A DNA stretch of 64,000 nucleotides from Raillietiella orientalis (taxonomy: Eukaryota), in the NCBI GenBank assembly GCA_036172245.1, contig JAYWIR010000032.1:310001-374000 (forward strand), written 5' to 3'. Shown here piece by piece: positions 1 through 12,520 of the stretch (within the stretch, counting starts at the first letter, position 1; each line of letters begins with the position of its first letter). The notes beneath the pieces are model-generated. The model was given only the letters and a program-made list of their open reading frames with translations. It was not told where the DNA came from and made no database searches. A program made the translations under genes and the position numbers.

Positions 1-1355
1 AGGCCTTTTTTGGACGCCTGAGTCCCGTCTTTCTGGTAGCTCAACCAAGAAATTCTTGGTCTAAAATAGCATATTAGGAACTTCCACTTTTTTAGAAATT
101 CCGTGGGAATTCTTCTTCTTCCATCGTCTTCATTAAAAATTCCATTTGTTCATGGTGTTGTTGTTGTTGTTGTTTTCTCCTTCTTGCTATGGATCTCCAT
201 TTGCTGAGAATATGGAAACACGGGATCCGACGGAGACGCAAGAGACAGTAGTCATGAGTGTGAAGAATGCGTTTTAATTTTAAGGACCGCTGGAGACGGA
301 AGGATGTGCCAGGAGACCAAACTCGCTTGAAGAATCTCCGAGAGGCTGAGAAACCCGGTGGGAGAGCGAACCCAGCGGAGTCCCGGTCGCTAGCGGTTCT
401 TCCGCGCGGCGGAATTCAAATCGAGAAAGTTAAATTCGGATAAGTTGGGAGAAAACGAAACTTCCAGTAAGCTTTCAGAGGGAACCACCATCTCAGAAGT
501 CTGGAAACGAGAGGACAGACCTTTTGAGCACATCGGTCCACGTGGATCGTGGTCACGTGCACCATCCTGGTATCGGAGACTGAGTGCACAGGTAACGATG
601 GCTTCCCTAGCAGAAGGGAAGACAGAAGCAGCGGGCTCTGGAAGCGGTACAAGCGAGAATGTAGAAAGGGAAAGATGAGGGGGCGGTCGGGATGCTGCCA
701 AACGCTATTCTTCAGCTTCCGCGAAAAAGGAGAGCAAAGAAAGATGAAACGAGAGTTTTCAGTTCTCTGTTCGTAGATGCCGGATGCTGTGGGAACAGAA
801 CTGTTTCCGGGTTCGATTTTTTCCGCCGTTCGTAACAGGCAAGCGATTTTGGGCGAGCGCACAGCTGCTCCTGGATTATCAGGGAACCCGTGGGGATGGA
901 ACTTCCGAGACTCGCTGATGCGTGCTGCACGCGAACCCCCGTTGCCAGGTGCTGCGATCCGAAAAGAGGGGAAAGCAAGCTCCTTGGAAGCACCCGAAGT
1001 GAAGCCCCAAAACTTCTAGTCCTGTTGTCGAGGGACTTCTGGCCATCAGCTACCGCATCGACTGGCAGATGTCGATACGTTGAGCTGAAGGTGACAGGGA
1101 ACGGAAAGGGAAGGAGAGAACCGAGTCTCATCCAACGAAGAGATCGAGTTGAAGAGGCTTTGGGTCTTGAGTGTGGAGGATTGCCTTGGCAATCATGGCT
1201 CGCTCTTCAAATGGGTGAGAAGTCTGTTATGCTGAGTCGTTGAACCTCGGACAAATTCACTCTCTGCAGAGGAATGGCATGGAAGGATCCTTTGCACCAT
1301 TTACCCGCCACCTGATGTGTCCCATTCACTTTTAGTCATTTGAATTCATGAGAAG
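1..1355 (+). mobile_element. Highly decayed non-LTR retrotransposon RT region (probably the upstream part of the copy ending at ~2440)
   Basis: Faint motif remnants only: RPFEHI ~520 (KAFDRV-like) and W/G..R...L...GGLPW ~1090-1190 (GGLG-like); many frameshifts. Confidence 0.35.
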
Positions 1356-1361
1356 AGAGGT

Positions 1362-1580
1362 TCAAAGCCAACGACGCCGGAACATTTCTTTAAATAAAAA
1401 AGAAAATGCAAGGAAGAGGGGAAGAAGAGTCCCCTTCAAAAAACAACGAAAGCCAAAAAAACGGGGATTGCCACCGGCAGTCGGGCCGGCTTCCAAAAAG
1501 TAGGGAATGGAGAGAAAGAGCAAAAAATAAATAAGAGAAGTCGGAAGAGTGGGAACATGGGTCTTTACTGAGAGACATTC
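1362..1580 (-). mobile_element. Short 3'-end stub of the LINE family in inverted orientation
   Basis: Pyrimidine-rich UTR resembling 26810-27000 (AAGCCGGCCCGACTGCCGGTGGCAATCCCC vs AAGCTGGCCTGTTTGCTGGTGGTCAGCCCC), ending in the family terminal motif at 1367-1390. Confidence 0.55.
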
Positions 1581-2441
1581 CTTCCCTCTGGAAGCGGCTC
1601 TAGACGGTGCCGATCTCCCCAACGAATTCTAATGGCAGAGGCCACCTTGTTGCTGTCCTCATGAGGACCGCAGCCATGCTGGTGGCTCTCTGCGAACCTG
1701 ACTCCAACACGTGGCGGACTGTCACCATGGCACGGATCCACCCAATTCTTGCCATCACGGAGTCCTTCTTCAGTCCGCCTTCTGTGAAGAAGCGCTACAG
1801 CAAGTCCGAAGCGGGGGATCCTGCGGTTATCAGGACGCCGAAGCGACTCTTTGTTGGGCTGCAATTCTCGAGGGCATGGTGAATCCGCATCTGCTCGTAG
1901 ACTGTGTTGCCCTCCGGCCCCTGTGGTTGCGTTTCGCAACGGCCCTTGGTGCACCGACGGACAATCGCAGGGACGAGATGAAGAGCCCCTTCGTGCGCGG
2001 CGCCGGTTCGCCTGCCGCATCCTTAGCAGCTCTTTGCTTCTTCTGGATTGCGGCTTCCCGGAGCTACTCGAGAGGACGGCACGACAGACGGTACGCCGTC
2101 TGCTTCGCCTTGCGCTTCATGAGGACGGCAGCAAGATGGTCCCACCTGGGACACACAGAATGAACTTACCGGTATCCTGGTAAGGATGCAAAGGATGCCC
2201 TCCAACACCCGATGATCCCTTCCCGAACCCTCCCGTTTTTTGTACATATTTCTTTGTTTTATTTTTATTTTTGGTTGATCTCTCCCCCTCTGCTGCAGGG
2301 GAGAACCTCTCCGACCTGCGTGCTGGTTACTCGGCAGGTTCCGAGGCTTTTCGGACAATATCGGGTCGATGGCCCTACGCATGTGTTTATTTTTTTATAA
2401 TAAACGTCTCGGCGTGACTGGGTGATAAACTGGGTGATAAA
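1581..2441 (+). mobile_element. L1/Tx1-like LINE, ORF2 C-terminus plus 3' UTR (decayed)
   Basis: PHLLVDCVALRPLW...AASLAALC...MRTAARW aligns with PHLTLECVALDGLW...AASLAVLC...LETATRW of ORF 57630-59018; UTR starts GATCCCTTCCC, as in the 57.6 kb copy; AATAAA at 2399. Confidence 0.8.
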
Positions 2442-4900
2442 ACCAAGCAGGTCACTCCACCGAAGGAGTCCCTTTACCCGGAAACGAGGAGTAGCGCCGT
2501 TCACCAGCTTGCTCGTTTTGCGGCCGTTCAGGAGTTTTTCGACTCCTGCAATGCTGCAGGAGAACTTCCACCCCAGCGGTTGGCTGCTGTCATTGCTTGC
2601 CCTGAGGGCTGACAGCGCTACAACAAGGGGTGTGACAGCTCTGAGGGTCTTCTGCATCCAATCATGAAGGAGATCTCTCAGTGGTTTGCGTAGGAGACCC
2701 TGAAGCGGTCGCAGTTCCTCTGGACTCAATTCAAGAGTGATTTCTGAGGGCTTCAGTGCCTTCTACCACCAGTGATTCCAGTTTATGGGACCTCTGAAGA
2801 TCCACACGTGGGTTGCCATCGGGAAGACAGATGCCTCATAGGGTAGCCGAATCCAGTCCTCCAGCGTAGGTTGCGCGGCAGCAGCGACAGAAGCCCTGCT
2901 CTCCCAACGCATTGCTGGATGGAGAACAAAAACCCGCACAGCCTCGTCCGCCATCCTGTCGACCAGTCATGGCCGCAGACCACCAGAAATGTGGCTTTAC
3001 TGCCGGATACCCGGACTGGTGCTTTCCAGCAGGTGTCGCGGGTTTCAGAGCGCCCCATTTTCGAAAACGTCATCAGCAGCTTTGAGATGAGCCAAGACAT
3101 GGGAAGAAGTCATGACCTTGCCAAGGGCTCTCACTGTGGAATCCTTGACCTCGCAGCACTCAATGCTACGTCGTGGAAAGATGCGGCGACAGAGCCAGGA
3201 AATGAGTCAGGAAAGGACTCGGCTCATCTCTCTCCCTGTGGCGCCAATCCCTGCAGGAGCAAGCGGTCGATCCCGCTACGTCGCAGCTTGGCTGCAGGCT
3301 GGCAGCTCCTGCTGCTTCCGAGGCGTGACGAGCCCGCTGGACCAGATCGAAAGAGCTGATGGAAAACACCGGCGTCTGGCGGGCGGCATTCGAGTTCGAT
3401 TTGGAGCTGCGGCCCGGTTCATTTGCTCCAGGACGAGCGATCGGGTCCGAACCTCTCCTGAACTCCTGGGATTTCTGCGGCAGCTCCGAGAGGTGGAAGC
3501 GGAAAGCCGATACCGGGGATAGCTGGCTCTCCTTTCTTACTCTTCCAGGAGCACCCGCTCCGCTGAGAGCACATGTCGACGCATGCTCTGAAACCCGAGT
3601 TCCAAGAAACCGTGATGCTGTGATCCGCGAGGTTGAATATCCTTATTTTGAGGTATGTACTGGACTCCTCCGTTGCGTCAGAGGCCATTCTCTACTCTTC
3701 CTTCCCCGGGGAGGGCAGCCCAGGTGGCCATGACCAAAGACAGTTCTCATGGGCTCTTTCTCGGCATCAGAACTCTTGGCACTACTATCGAGACCTGCAC
3801 CGGTGGCCGTTGCAGAGAACCCAAATCCAGACCTTCTCTACGCGCATCACCGCTTTTCTCTGAACTACGCCAGAAGCCAGGGTTGGTCCTTTGCTGGCGA
3901 GCATGGGCTTGAGCGCCGTCCAGCTTGAAGGCCAGGTGCTTCGGCAGGACGGCTGTTGCACAATTCTCTGCTGATATCTGATTCGCATTCACTGTCCTGC
4001 TTGCCGCTCATGGCGACAGGCACCTTCCACAAAAATCCTACGCTTGGTTTATCTCGCTCGCCAGAGCGGGTTCACTGCAGCTGGCGCTCGTGCATTCGAC
4101 AGTTCGAGCTCCAGCGCCCCAGCATCCAGGTCTCCCTTCTATTCAATTTCTCCGGCGGAACAGGCTCGGTTCTTCTTCCACTTGGACGAGCTGAGAGGAC
4201 CACGGAGGAAACTGAAAGATGGAACGTACGTGTTAGGTGTGAACCCTGGATATCTCCATCTGTCCTTACACTCGTTGCGCACGTTCGGACCCCTACAACC
4301 TCTACTGGAGCTTCCGCAGACACCGTCCTGGACAGTCGGGGTCCACGTCTTTCAGGTCCACGAATTCAGGGCTGAGAAAACTTCTGGAACTCTTCGGCTG
4401 ACCCCTTTTAAAGGTGTGAGCAGCTGCATGAGGAAGGACGGAAGGCCTCGAAGATGCTAGGAGCACAGTGTCTGCTTTTTTCTTCGGAGACCGAATGAGC
4501 GTTTGGCTTCTCCGTCTCCCTACATCTTTCCTTCGATCGATTGCTTGGAGGTGCAAAGTCGTCATCTGGTCATCTTCGCATCTCTGGGTAGTCTGCGCGT
4601 CTGTTGCTCTCAGAGGCTCTTGAAGAGAAGGTTGGACATCCGTCCTTCCACCTGCTCCTGAGATCGATCCGGGCAGATCTCGTGGAACGCTCGCTCGTTT
4701 GCTGCCAGACCACGCAAGGATCTCCAGAATCCTCCCGCGAACGAGGACTGGCATATCCTGTTCTTCCCGATTTCTTCCCGTGGGTCTTCCTTTTTCGCCT
4801 TTCTCCAATGTGTCTGCAGTGCAGGGCCAGGAGCGACAAAAAAATGGAGTAGGACCAACATCCGGATCCACGCTCTTGCACTCTGCAAGTGCTCACTCAA
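2442..4900 (+). mobile_element. L1/Tx1-like LINE, decayed ORF2 (APE-RT-zinc motif)
   Basis: Remnants in the expected order: AMLQENFH / TTRGVTAL (APE LQET / RGVAIL), PRGGQP (RGxRQG), LLYAHH ~3832 (YADD), RRKLKD..YLHLSL, MCLQCR ~4810. Confidence 0.7.
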
Positions 4901-4933
4901 TATGCTATTCTCAATTCACATTACATACAAATA

Positions 4934-5245
4934 CAGTGGTACCTCGGTACTCGTCGGTAAGTCGTTCCGGAACTTGAGACGAGTGGCGGAGCCGACGAGT
5001 ACCGAACGAATTTTTCAGGACCCATGATTGAGGCTTAAAAGCAAAGAAAGCACACAAAAGAAGGAACGATTCAGGAGGCACTGTATCGAGGTGTTCGGCA
5101 CTGTTCGCGAGTTACGAGACGAAAACGGGGGGAGGGTGTCGAGTTCCGAGCATGCGCCGAGTGTCGAAGCATTTTTCTCTCGTAAAAATGCAACGAGTAC
5201 TGAGTTTGACGAGTTCCGAAACCATCGAGTACAAAGGTATCATTA
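4934..5245. mobile_element. pogo/Tigger-like (Tc1/mariner superfamily) MITE, copy 1
   Basis: TA|CAGTGGTACCTCGGTACTCG left TIR; degenerate right TIR CGAGTACAAAGGTATCATT; colinear with 34076-34451. Confidence 0.8.
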
Positions 5246-5644
5246 AATACGAATATCGGGATCAGGAAACGAAATCATCTTACTCTACTTCATTTTTCTT
5301 CTTTCACGTTTCAGTTTTCCTCTCGCCATATAATACAAGGTTGCATATTTATTAACATTCTAAGCATATATGGCACCTGTAAATCAAATTATATTCCCAA
5401 TTTTTCGTCAATGATGTTATTACAAAATGTGTAATATCAATTTATTTAGCTGTGGAGTGATCGTTCGGTTAAGCACACCCATGTTGGATAATACATACTA
5501 CTCGCTATTATTAGTTTTAGTAGAACCTTTCAGCAGGAACTTGGACTAAGCATAAGTTTTAAGATATCATTCAGAGTAAGGGCGGACTTTAACCAAGAAG
5601 GGTCATCAAGCAGAAATCCGGGTCAAGTCCCACCACCATACCGT

Positions 5645-7540
5645 TCAGCGATTTTGATGTGAACTTTCCGAGGCTGAGGCTTGCAAGGAATCCTTCAGAC
5701 AAACAGCGGCCGACGGGATAAGATGCGTGCCGTTCCGTGCAATAGAAACTGCATCAGAGGACCAGGAGACGTGTGACTTTCGAGGGGGAAGAGGACGATT
5801 CACTTCCTTCTGAACCGGGGTCGATTTCGTGTCAGCCATCTCACAAGGCAATTCATCAAGAGCGGAGAAGTGGTCGCGATTCTGCGAGGAAGGCAGAGTT
5901 TGCAATTAGCAGGAAGCACAGAGTGATCTCCTGCGCAGTTTCTCAAAAGTCCGGACCCACCTATGAAATCGAGATCCACTCTATGTAAAGACAAGACACA
6001 ACTCGGTAGTTGTGTCTTGCAAGAACTCTTCTTTGCTTGCAAGATACAAGGAAAGAAAGGAGAAATCAAAATGTATTGGTGGTTCGAAACACATGCATCC
6101 CCGTGTCATTTTTCTACGTGGTCACCATTTTTTTTCAAATCCTCGGATACCGTGGATGGAGCTTTATTGAAAGTATCCTCATGAAATTCTGCCGCCTTGG
6201 AGTTCAGCCAATTCAGTAGCACTGCAGTTTTTAGCTCTCCACTTTCCCCCTCGAATCGTTGAACCACTTCTAGAGGTTCAGGAAGACGTGGTAGTCACTG
6301 TAAGGTGGGTGACCAAAAAGTTCCCTTTTGAATTTTTGAATTGTGTGGAATGAGCGTTGCCAAGGCACGCGTCGTCGCGAAGGAGAAGGAATTGTTATTC
6401 CTGAGCAACGTCGTCGGTTCTGAATGACACGCCACAGTTTCGAAAGTGCTCCGCGGGGAACTCGCAGGTGACGGTGGTTCCAGGCTCCGTAAAGTCCACC
6501 AAAACCCTCTTAGTCCCACACCCTGCTATGTCCGCACATTCCAGACAATTCGGAAACCCAAATGGGGACTTTTTGATCGTCCACCTTACAGTCCTGCTCA
6601 GTGACAACCACTTCCTCCTTCCTGCACCTGAAGAAGTGGCTCAGCGATTCGAGGGAGAAAGCGAGGAGTGGAGAACTGTAACGCTGCCGAACTCCCAGGC
6701 GGCGAGATTTTCTTCAGTGGGTTTGGAAAAGCTAAAACTAATGCTTTCCCTGCCACACTGCCTTCTTAAAAGCAATGGAAGAAACATTCTGAAAGACGCG
6801 GACTCCCATCTCAATCCACAGATTTCATTATCGTGGAGGTGGTTCAGGTTAGCTTTCGTGTACGTTGCTTGGGTACGGTACTTATCGACTCTGGGATTAT
6901 GACCACTCGCACACTGCCGAAAATGGGTTACTGTGTCACTTGCTTGCACCTAGAGAATGTCGGCAGATACGTGAAGTACAGCGTGCAATCATGTGACGGG
7001 AAGCAGGTGGTGTCCCGTTCCCAGGCAACGTTATCAAATTTTGAGTAGCTTGTGTAGCGACTGCAGAGCATCAGAGCTCATCGTGCGTTGCTGATGGCGA
7101 AATTCCCTATAAATGAGTTTTGGCGAATTTATAGAGATTCAGTATCAGTTCGGGGAGAAGAATGCAGGAGGCATCTTGCTCCGTAGCACTCTTCCGCGCA
7201 TAATTTCATTATCGTGGAAGCGATATCTCCAGCGGTTCATGAGAGTTCGGAGCTCATTCGCAGAGTAAGAGTACACTGTAGAAACTGAAGCTTCCCAGAT
7301 CACCTTTCGAGCAAGAACCTTTCCCTTGAAGCAGCGAAAAGCAATTTTCCAAGGCACTCCTGGTCTCTGCGCGTCCACATCGGTGGAACGTGGACTTTCA
7401 CGCGATCATCAATCAGATTTGAAACTCTTCGGAGGTAAGAATGCTCCAGGGGTCCAGTGCTGCACTGAGAAAACGTTCCTCCAGGTTCACAGGGTTCCGT
7501 GATTCGAATCAGCAAACGATGGAAGGAACGCGCGTCCAAT
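5645..7540 (-). pseudogene. Possible decayed leucine-rich-repeat protein gene
   Basis: LRR-like fragments in shifting frames: LNHLHDNEICGL, YRFHDNEI, LIPSAAVCLKDSLQ, GLRGFWWTLRSL, PGGTFSQ...LRRVSNLI; 16-mer ATTTCATTATCGTGGA occurs at both ~6822 and ~7203. Confidence 0.4.
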
Positions 7541-7549
7541 GGTTTCTAC

Positions 7550-9500
7550 GAGCAGCGTAGGTCGAGAGCATCCATGAAGAATCCTGCACGTGCGGAAGTA
7601 CGGTTGTCTTGAACTGGATCTGGGGCTTGGGGACGCGCCGAAGAAGTTCCACCTACATGGGAAGCCAAATTCCGAATGCTGTGTGCGCGACGCGCAAGTG
7701 CTGCTTCACCACCACTCTGAATTTGCATGGCCACTCATCCTCAAAACTACGAAAGGATTCAACACATGCCCACATTTATGGTAAGAAGTGTTGAGGGGTG
7801 TTTCATCATGCGGGCTGTCTCGACGGAAGCTGCTAGACTGCTACGTCATTCTTGCGTGACATGGGGTGTTGCCATCAAGAGGGTGTTTATTTCTTGCATG
7901 TTCCCCTCGTGATGAGATATGCAGAACTTTGTTGCTTTTCAGATTTTTCAGGAGTCATTCACGAAAATGCAGGATGAAGATCGATGGGCAGATGCTGGAA
8001 CTGCTCCGAAACCGCAGTGGAAGATCCAAAGTTAAAAAAAATTAGGAAGCCAACATTCGTGAGCTACAGATGCTGTTGGATGTCTTTGACTGCACTTGCA
8101 CAAGCAGTGATTTATGGATAATTCCTAGAGCGCGGAGAAGGAAACAAACCAAGAGGAAAGGAGAACGTCATTTTGAAGTTATGTGAGGAAGATATGCTCT
8201 TCAAACCGATTGAAAGGATCGAAAGGTCATTGATCTCATGGAGGTGACTCCTGCAGGAATAGACATGCTTATAGAAGATTGGATTTTCGGTTCGACTCCA
8301 GTCAGAGTCAGAAGACAATTGCTCAGATCGTCTTGAGCAAAAGGACTGCTGATCCGACAGAAGTGACCAAAATCGTGTTAGGAGCACACAAAGGTCTGGA
8401 GAGCAGAGAGGCGCTGGGATGGGATTTCTTTTACGAGCAAAGGAAACAGAAAGTGTAAAGGAGGCCATCCGGAATGCAAGAACGACTAGAGTTTGCCAAC
8501 CTTATAGGGATTTCTCTGAAGTCGTGAATAGGTTGCCTGTCATCAGAATCAATTTCATTTCGCCTGCAGTGGTGTACAAGGAAGGAGCAGTCTATTTGTA
8601 GAATGCGGAGGACGCAAATCGAAATGAGCATGCAGTTCGAAGTCTGGAAACAAAAGATGGAAAGCCTAGAAGCAGTTTATCATTCCGGGTCAAGGTCGGA
8701 CCGGGAGCCTCTCATTTGGTCCCTTGGAATGAAAGTGTGAGGAGCCGGAAGGTACATTCGAACCGTGCACAAATGCAAGCGGTTCAGTGAATGAGCCGCG
8801 TGCTAACGAGTCATGGTAGCACCAGCGAACGGGTGTTTTGAAAGAGCAGTGAGTTCGTGGTCTCTTCCTTCCTCAGCTTGTGAACGCGGAAGCACGTCTT
8901 GACAGCACGTAGCAGTGGTGCTTCCCATCATCGCTTGGGAGCAAAAACGTTATTTACTCTCTGCCTGATTGTCACCAAAGATGGTCTTCAGATCGAGAGC
9001 ATCAGCACACTTGGGATGCTATCCAAGGTATTCTTGTGATGTACTATTGAAATGCACGACTTCCGCATGCGTGAGCATTCCATCTACTTTTCGCTTCTTC
9101 TCCATCGAGGTCTCCAAAGTTTGTTTAGGGAGTGGTACTGGACGGTTCCCCGAGACGTCCTCCCCCGGAACTCACGAGTTTCTTGAAGATTCCTATCCTC
9201 AGAGGGTGGAGCATCTACAAGAGGCCTTGCTTCACTGTTTCACAGGACATGATCTCATGAGTTTCCTGCAAGAGGATGAAAGGAAAGTTCCATCCGGCCG
9301 TGGCGTATGTACCGGGAGAAATTCGCCTGATCGATTTGCCTCAGAGAAAACTTTCGTGATGACCACCCTCTATCAAAGACCCTGACGAAGGAGGAGCTGT
9401 CGTCCAGGGGATTGCCCATCGCGTCAACTTTCAAAGTGGAATTTCATCTTTCTTTCCTGGATGGGAACGTGCGTTCGAACCGGGTTCTCGAACCGCACGC
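7550..9500 (+). mobile_element. Highly decayed LINE (ORF1/APE/RT N-terminal remnants)
   Basis: SSPGTHEFLEDSYPQRVEHLQEALLHCF (~9157-9240) resembles the RT N-terminal SPGxDG..EF region; other motifs are faint. Confidence 0.4.
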
Positions 9501-9639
9501 AGTGACCTAGCTCTTGGAGTGCCCTGAGCGCTAATGCCAAAAATTTACATGTCACGACAGCTCTCCCTCTCTCTGCAATTAGTACGAACCCCCTTCACGA
9601 AACGCCAGCCATCTCCTAATTGCATGTGTCAGTTCTTTG

Positions 9640-12520
9640 AAAAATGGTCTTATTTTTGGTGAGCTCGCGAGTGTCCGCATTTGTCGTGACGTGTTAAAAT
9701 CTCTCGAAGCACTGCCAAACATCCTGCCAGATAACAAATGTCATTGTCAGAAAGCCCGTCTTGTAACGGCAAGGAACCGTAAAATTGGAGGAACTTCCGC
9801 ATTTCGGGGCAGCTTATTTCCCAATTCCTTTTTGCCACTTTGAAAATCAGCTGATTCCTAATTATCCTGACGTGAACTTGGGAAGTGTTTTCACGGGTGC
9901 ATACAAACAAGAGTGGAATTTAATGCGGAAGAATCCGGAAAATTGGCAGTGCCCGTTTCGAGGGTCGACCTTGGTGCATCTGTACAAGGAATGCCGTACA
10001 AAATTTTTTCGAAAGGAAATTTCGATTCTATTCCTTTCGAAGATGAATGTCCCTTCATCTATATCGCACGTCTTCTTAACGTTCATCATTCATTCACTTC
10101 CGTAATTTGTCCTAATTTCGAGTTTGCCATGCGATTCTGCTCGTATCACCCCTCCCTTCTTGCAGAGCATCCTTGAAAAGGAGAAACGAAAAGCCATGGA
10201 AGAAAACAGACGAGCATCCGTTCCTACGCAGAAGACGTGTACATCATAAGAGCATGCTCTACATCACACCATGACCCAACTGGAGAATCATCACGTCTCA
10301 ATTCACCCCACTGGAGCATTATCGATTTCCATCCCTACACTGGAACAGCATGCAGATCTCCTAAGATGATGTGTATTTTATCCAGATTTGGCTCCTTGAA
10401 AACTGGAGATCGCTCTCCATGAAGAACAGAGACGATAAACAAATTCTCCCTGAATTGAATCAGACTCTGGGATTCGAGAACTATTTAATGTATCAGCATT
10501 GTTCTCTTTCCAGACGATTTACACCAGACGTGATTTCGGGAGGGAAATCTACAATCCAAATCTCAGAAAAAATGCTTTTCGTGTTTTTCTACGGCAGCGC
10601 CAAGTTGCCGATTATGCTGCTTGTCTTCTTGCATGTGATGCCCGACTAGGTGCTCCGTCGGAGGACTCGAAGCGCCTGATTTTCCATCTTTCCTGCGTTG
10701 CTGGGAGACGCCTCAGCCGCAAGAGGAGACCATGACCAGACCACTCTGGAGTCGAAGAACGCAAAGAGCATGCTGCGTTGGCTAATCGGTGCAAGAATCT
10801 CAAAAAAGCATTTGCTCCCCCGTGAAACTGTGGAGTACCTGCGACATACCACGTTTCCTTGGTAGCCCACAAAGTTGTCCTGATGTTTTTTCTTGAAAAC
10901 TGATGTCCAGCTATGACTCAAACACCGCTGGCTACCGTGTTTTTTTGTTTTTCTTGTTTCTTTCTTTTTTTTCTTTTTTTTTTTAGAAAAAAACGCTGAA
11001 CACAGAAGCAATAGTCGCAATCTTTTGACAAGAAGCGTTTCCGATTTCTCGAAACCGAATTTTCATGAAATCATTAGTCACCCTGAACACCAGGCTTCTC
11101 AAGTAACAGCTCTTACAGCATGACAGTTGCGGACAAATGGGGAAAATCGAAAAGCAGATTTCGAAGTTTCTCACTTGTCACCTTTTAGAGGGTTTTTTTT
11201 TTTTTTTTTCTTTTTGTATCTGGGGTCGCTGTGAATTCCACACATTTGCGATCCAAAATTCACTTCAGGATTGGGATCGTGATAGAAGAACCTTGAGGTG
11301 GATTTTTTTATTCTTAGATTTTTTTTTCCCCCTTTTTACAAGGGTTGCAGCTTTTCTCCCAGTGGCACCGTTGAATGGAATTGCCCCCCCCCAAAAAAAA
11401 AAAAAAAAAAACTCTCAATTAAACAAAAGCCAATGGCTCAAATTCAACCTTTTTCAGGCACCCAAGAACGGATCTGGGACCAGAATAAAATGAAATCTTC
11501 TGTGCTCTCGATGCAGGACGAGCTTAAGAACCTCTTTCCAAAATCGCCACAACTCCTCTTCCAAAAATGGTCTAGGATACTCAGACACCACCCAGGGTTC
11601 ACTTCCCGACTCTTGATTCCTTTTTCAAGGAAACGTGGACTGCACTGATCTGCTTATCTTCCTTCACGTCTAGGCTTCTACAGAATCCGAGTGGGAAGCT
11701 GTCCAGAAGTGACGTGCCGTGATTGCTTCGGACATTTTGCTTCTGAGGTCTCCACAAAAACACGAACCGCCTTGAAACCCCACAGTTATTCGTCGAAGAT
11801 CACCCGATCTTTGAATGGGAAACTGGGGAACTAGTCAGGGACCGAAGGGCAAAGCACGGCATTCCTGCTGCCCTTCTTTCAGGAATGGGATTCCGGGACT
11901 TGTCTTCGGCTTCTTTGAAGCTGTCGATCCGTCCACATCGAAGGCTCCACCGAGATGCCTTCACCCGTTGCATCGTGGTGGTTTTGGCCGAGCATTAAGA
12001 CAAACATCAGCCTCTGACCGAAAAATTCGCGAAGGGGTCCCTGAGTTATCTCCTCATCTTACGATTTCAATGATGAAATATTGTGGGAACTTCTGGAAAG
12101 CGGGGAAACTCGCCATCTGTCAATTCGTTTCTTCAACCTCGCCTTCTCACCAAGGCCGCTGCCACCAAGCTGTTTTCCATTTTGCTCCACACTCCACACA
12201 AAACAACATTCAGTGGAAGCAGCTGAAAGATTTAACACGATTCTGAAATCGGATATCCTTATTTCGAAGGCAGAAGCAGGCGCTCTCTCCATCTATGTCT
12301 TGCTCCGTCACGCAACACGACTACCGGTGTTTGTGGAGATGTTCTTCTCTCGCCGACGACCAGCGGATGGGTACTTTTCTGGCACTGATGCTGTGACTCC
12401 CACGCAACTCATCGTTGTCTGTAGAAATGGACTGGACGAGACTTATCTGAAACATCGGGGAAACGCCACGCGCGTTTGGGCTCCCGCTTCCTGGAGCAGC
12501 ATCATCATCAGTATCTAGCG
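9640..12520 (+). pseudogene. Possible decayed LGR / glycoprotein-hormone-receptor-like gene
   Basis: Ordered fragments: NRK-LEELP (LRR-like), TCRDCFG ~11712, MGNWGT, GLVFGFFEAVDPST, PELSPHLTISMMKY, SDILISK..ALSIY..FFS. These resemble the LGR hinge and TM1/2/3/6 motifs. Frames are broken. Confidence 0.3.

Noticed and set aside
4044..4460. HSLRTFG resembling a tyrosine-recombinase HxLR motif (DIRS element)
   Set aside because: The surrounding order APE - QG - YADD-like - this segment - CxxC matches LINE ORF2, and the segment aligns with RLKDL..GGLGLLTL of the 57.6-59 kb ORF.
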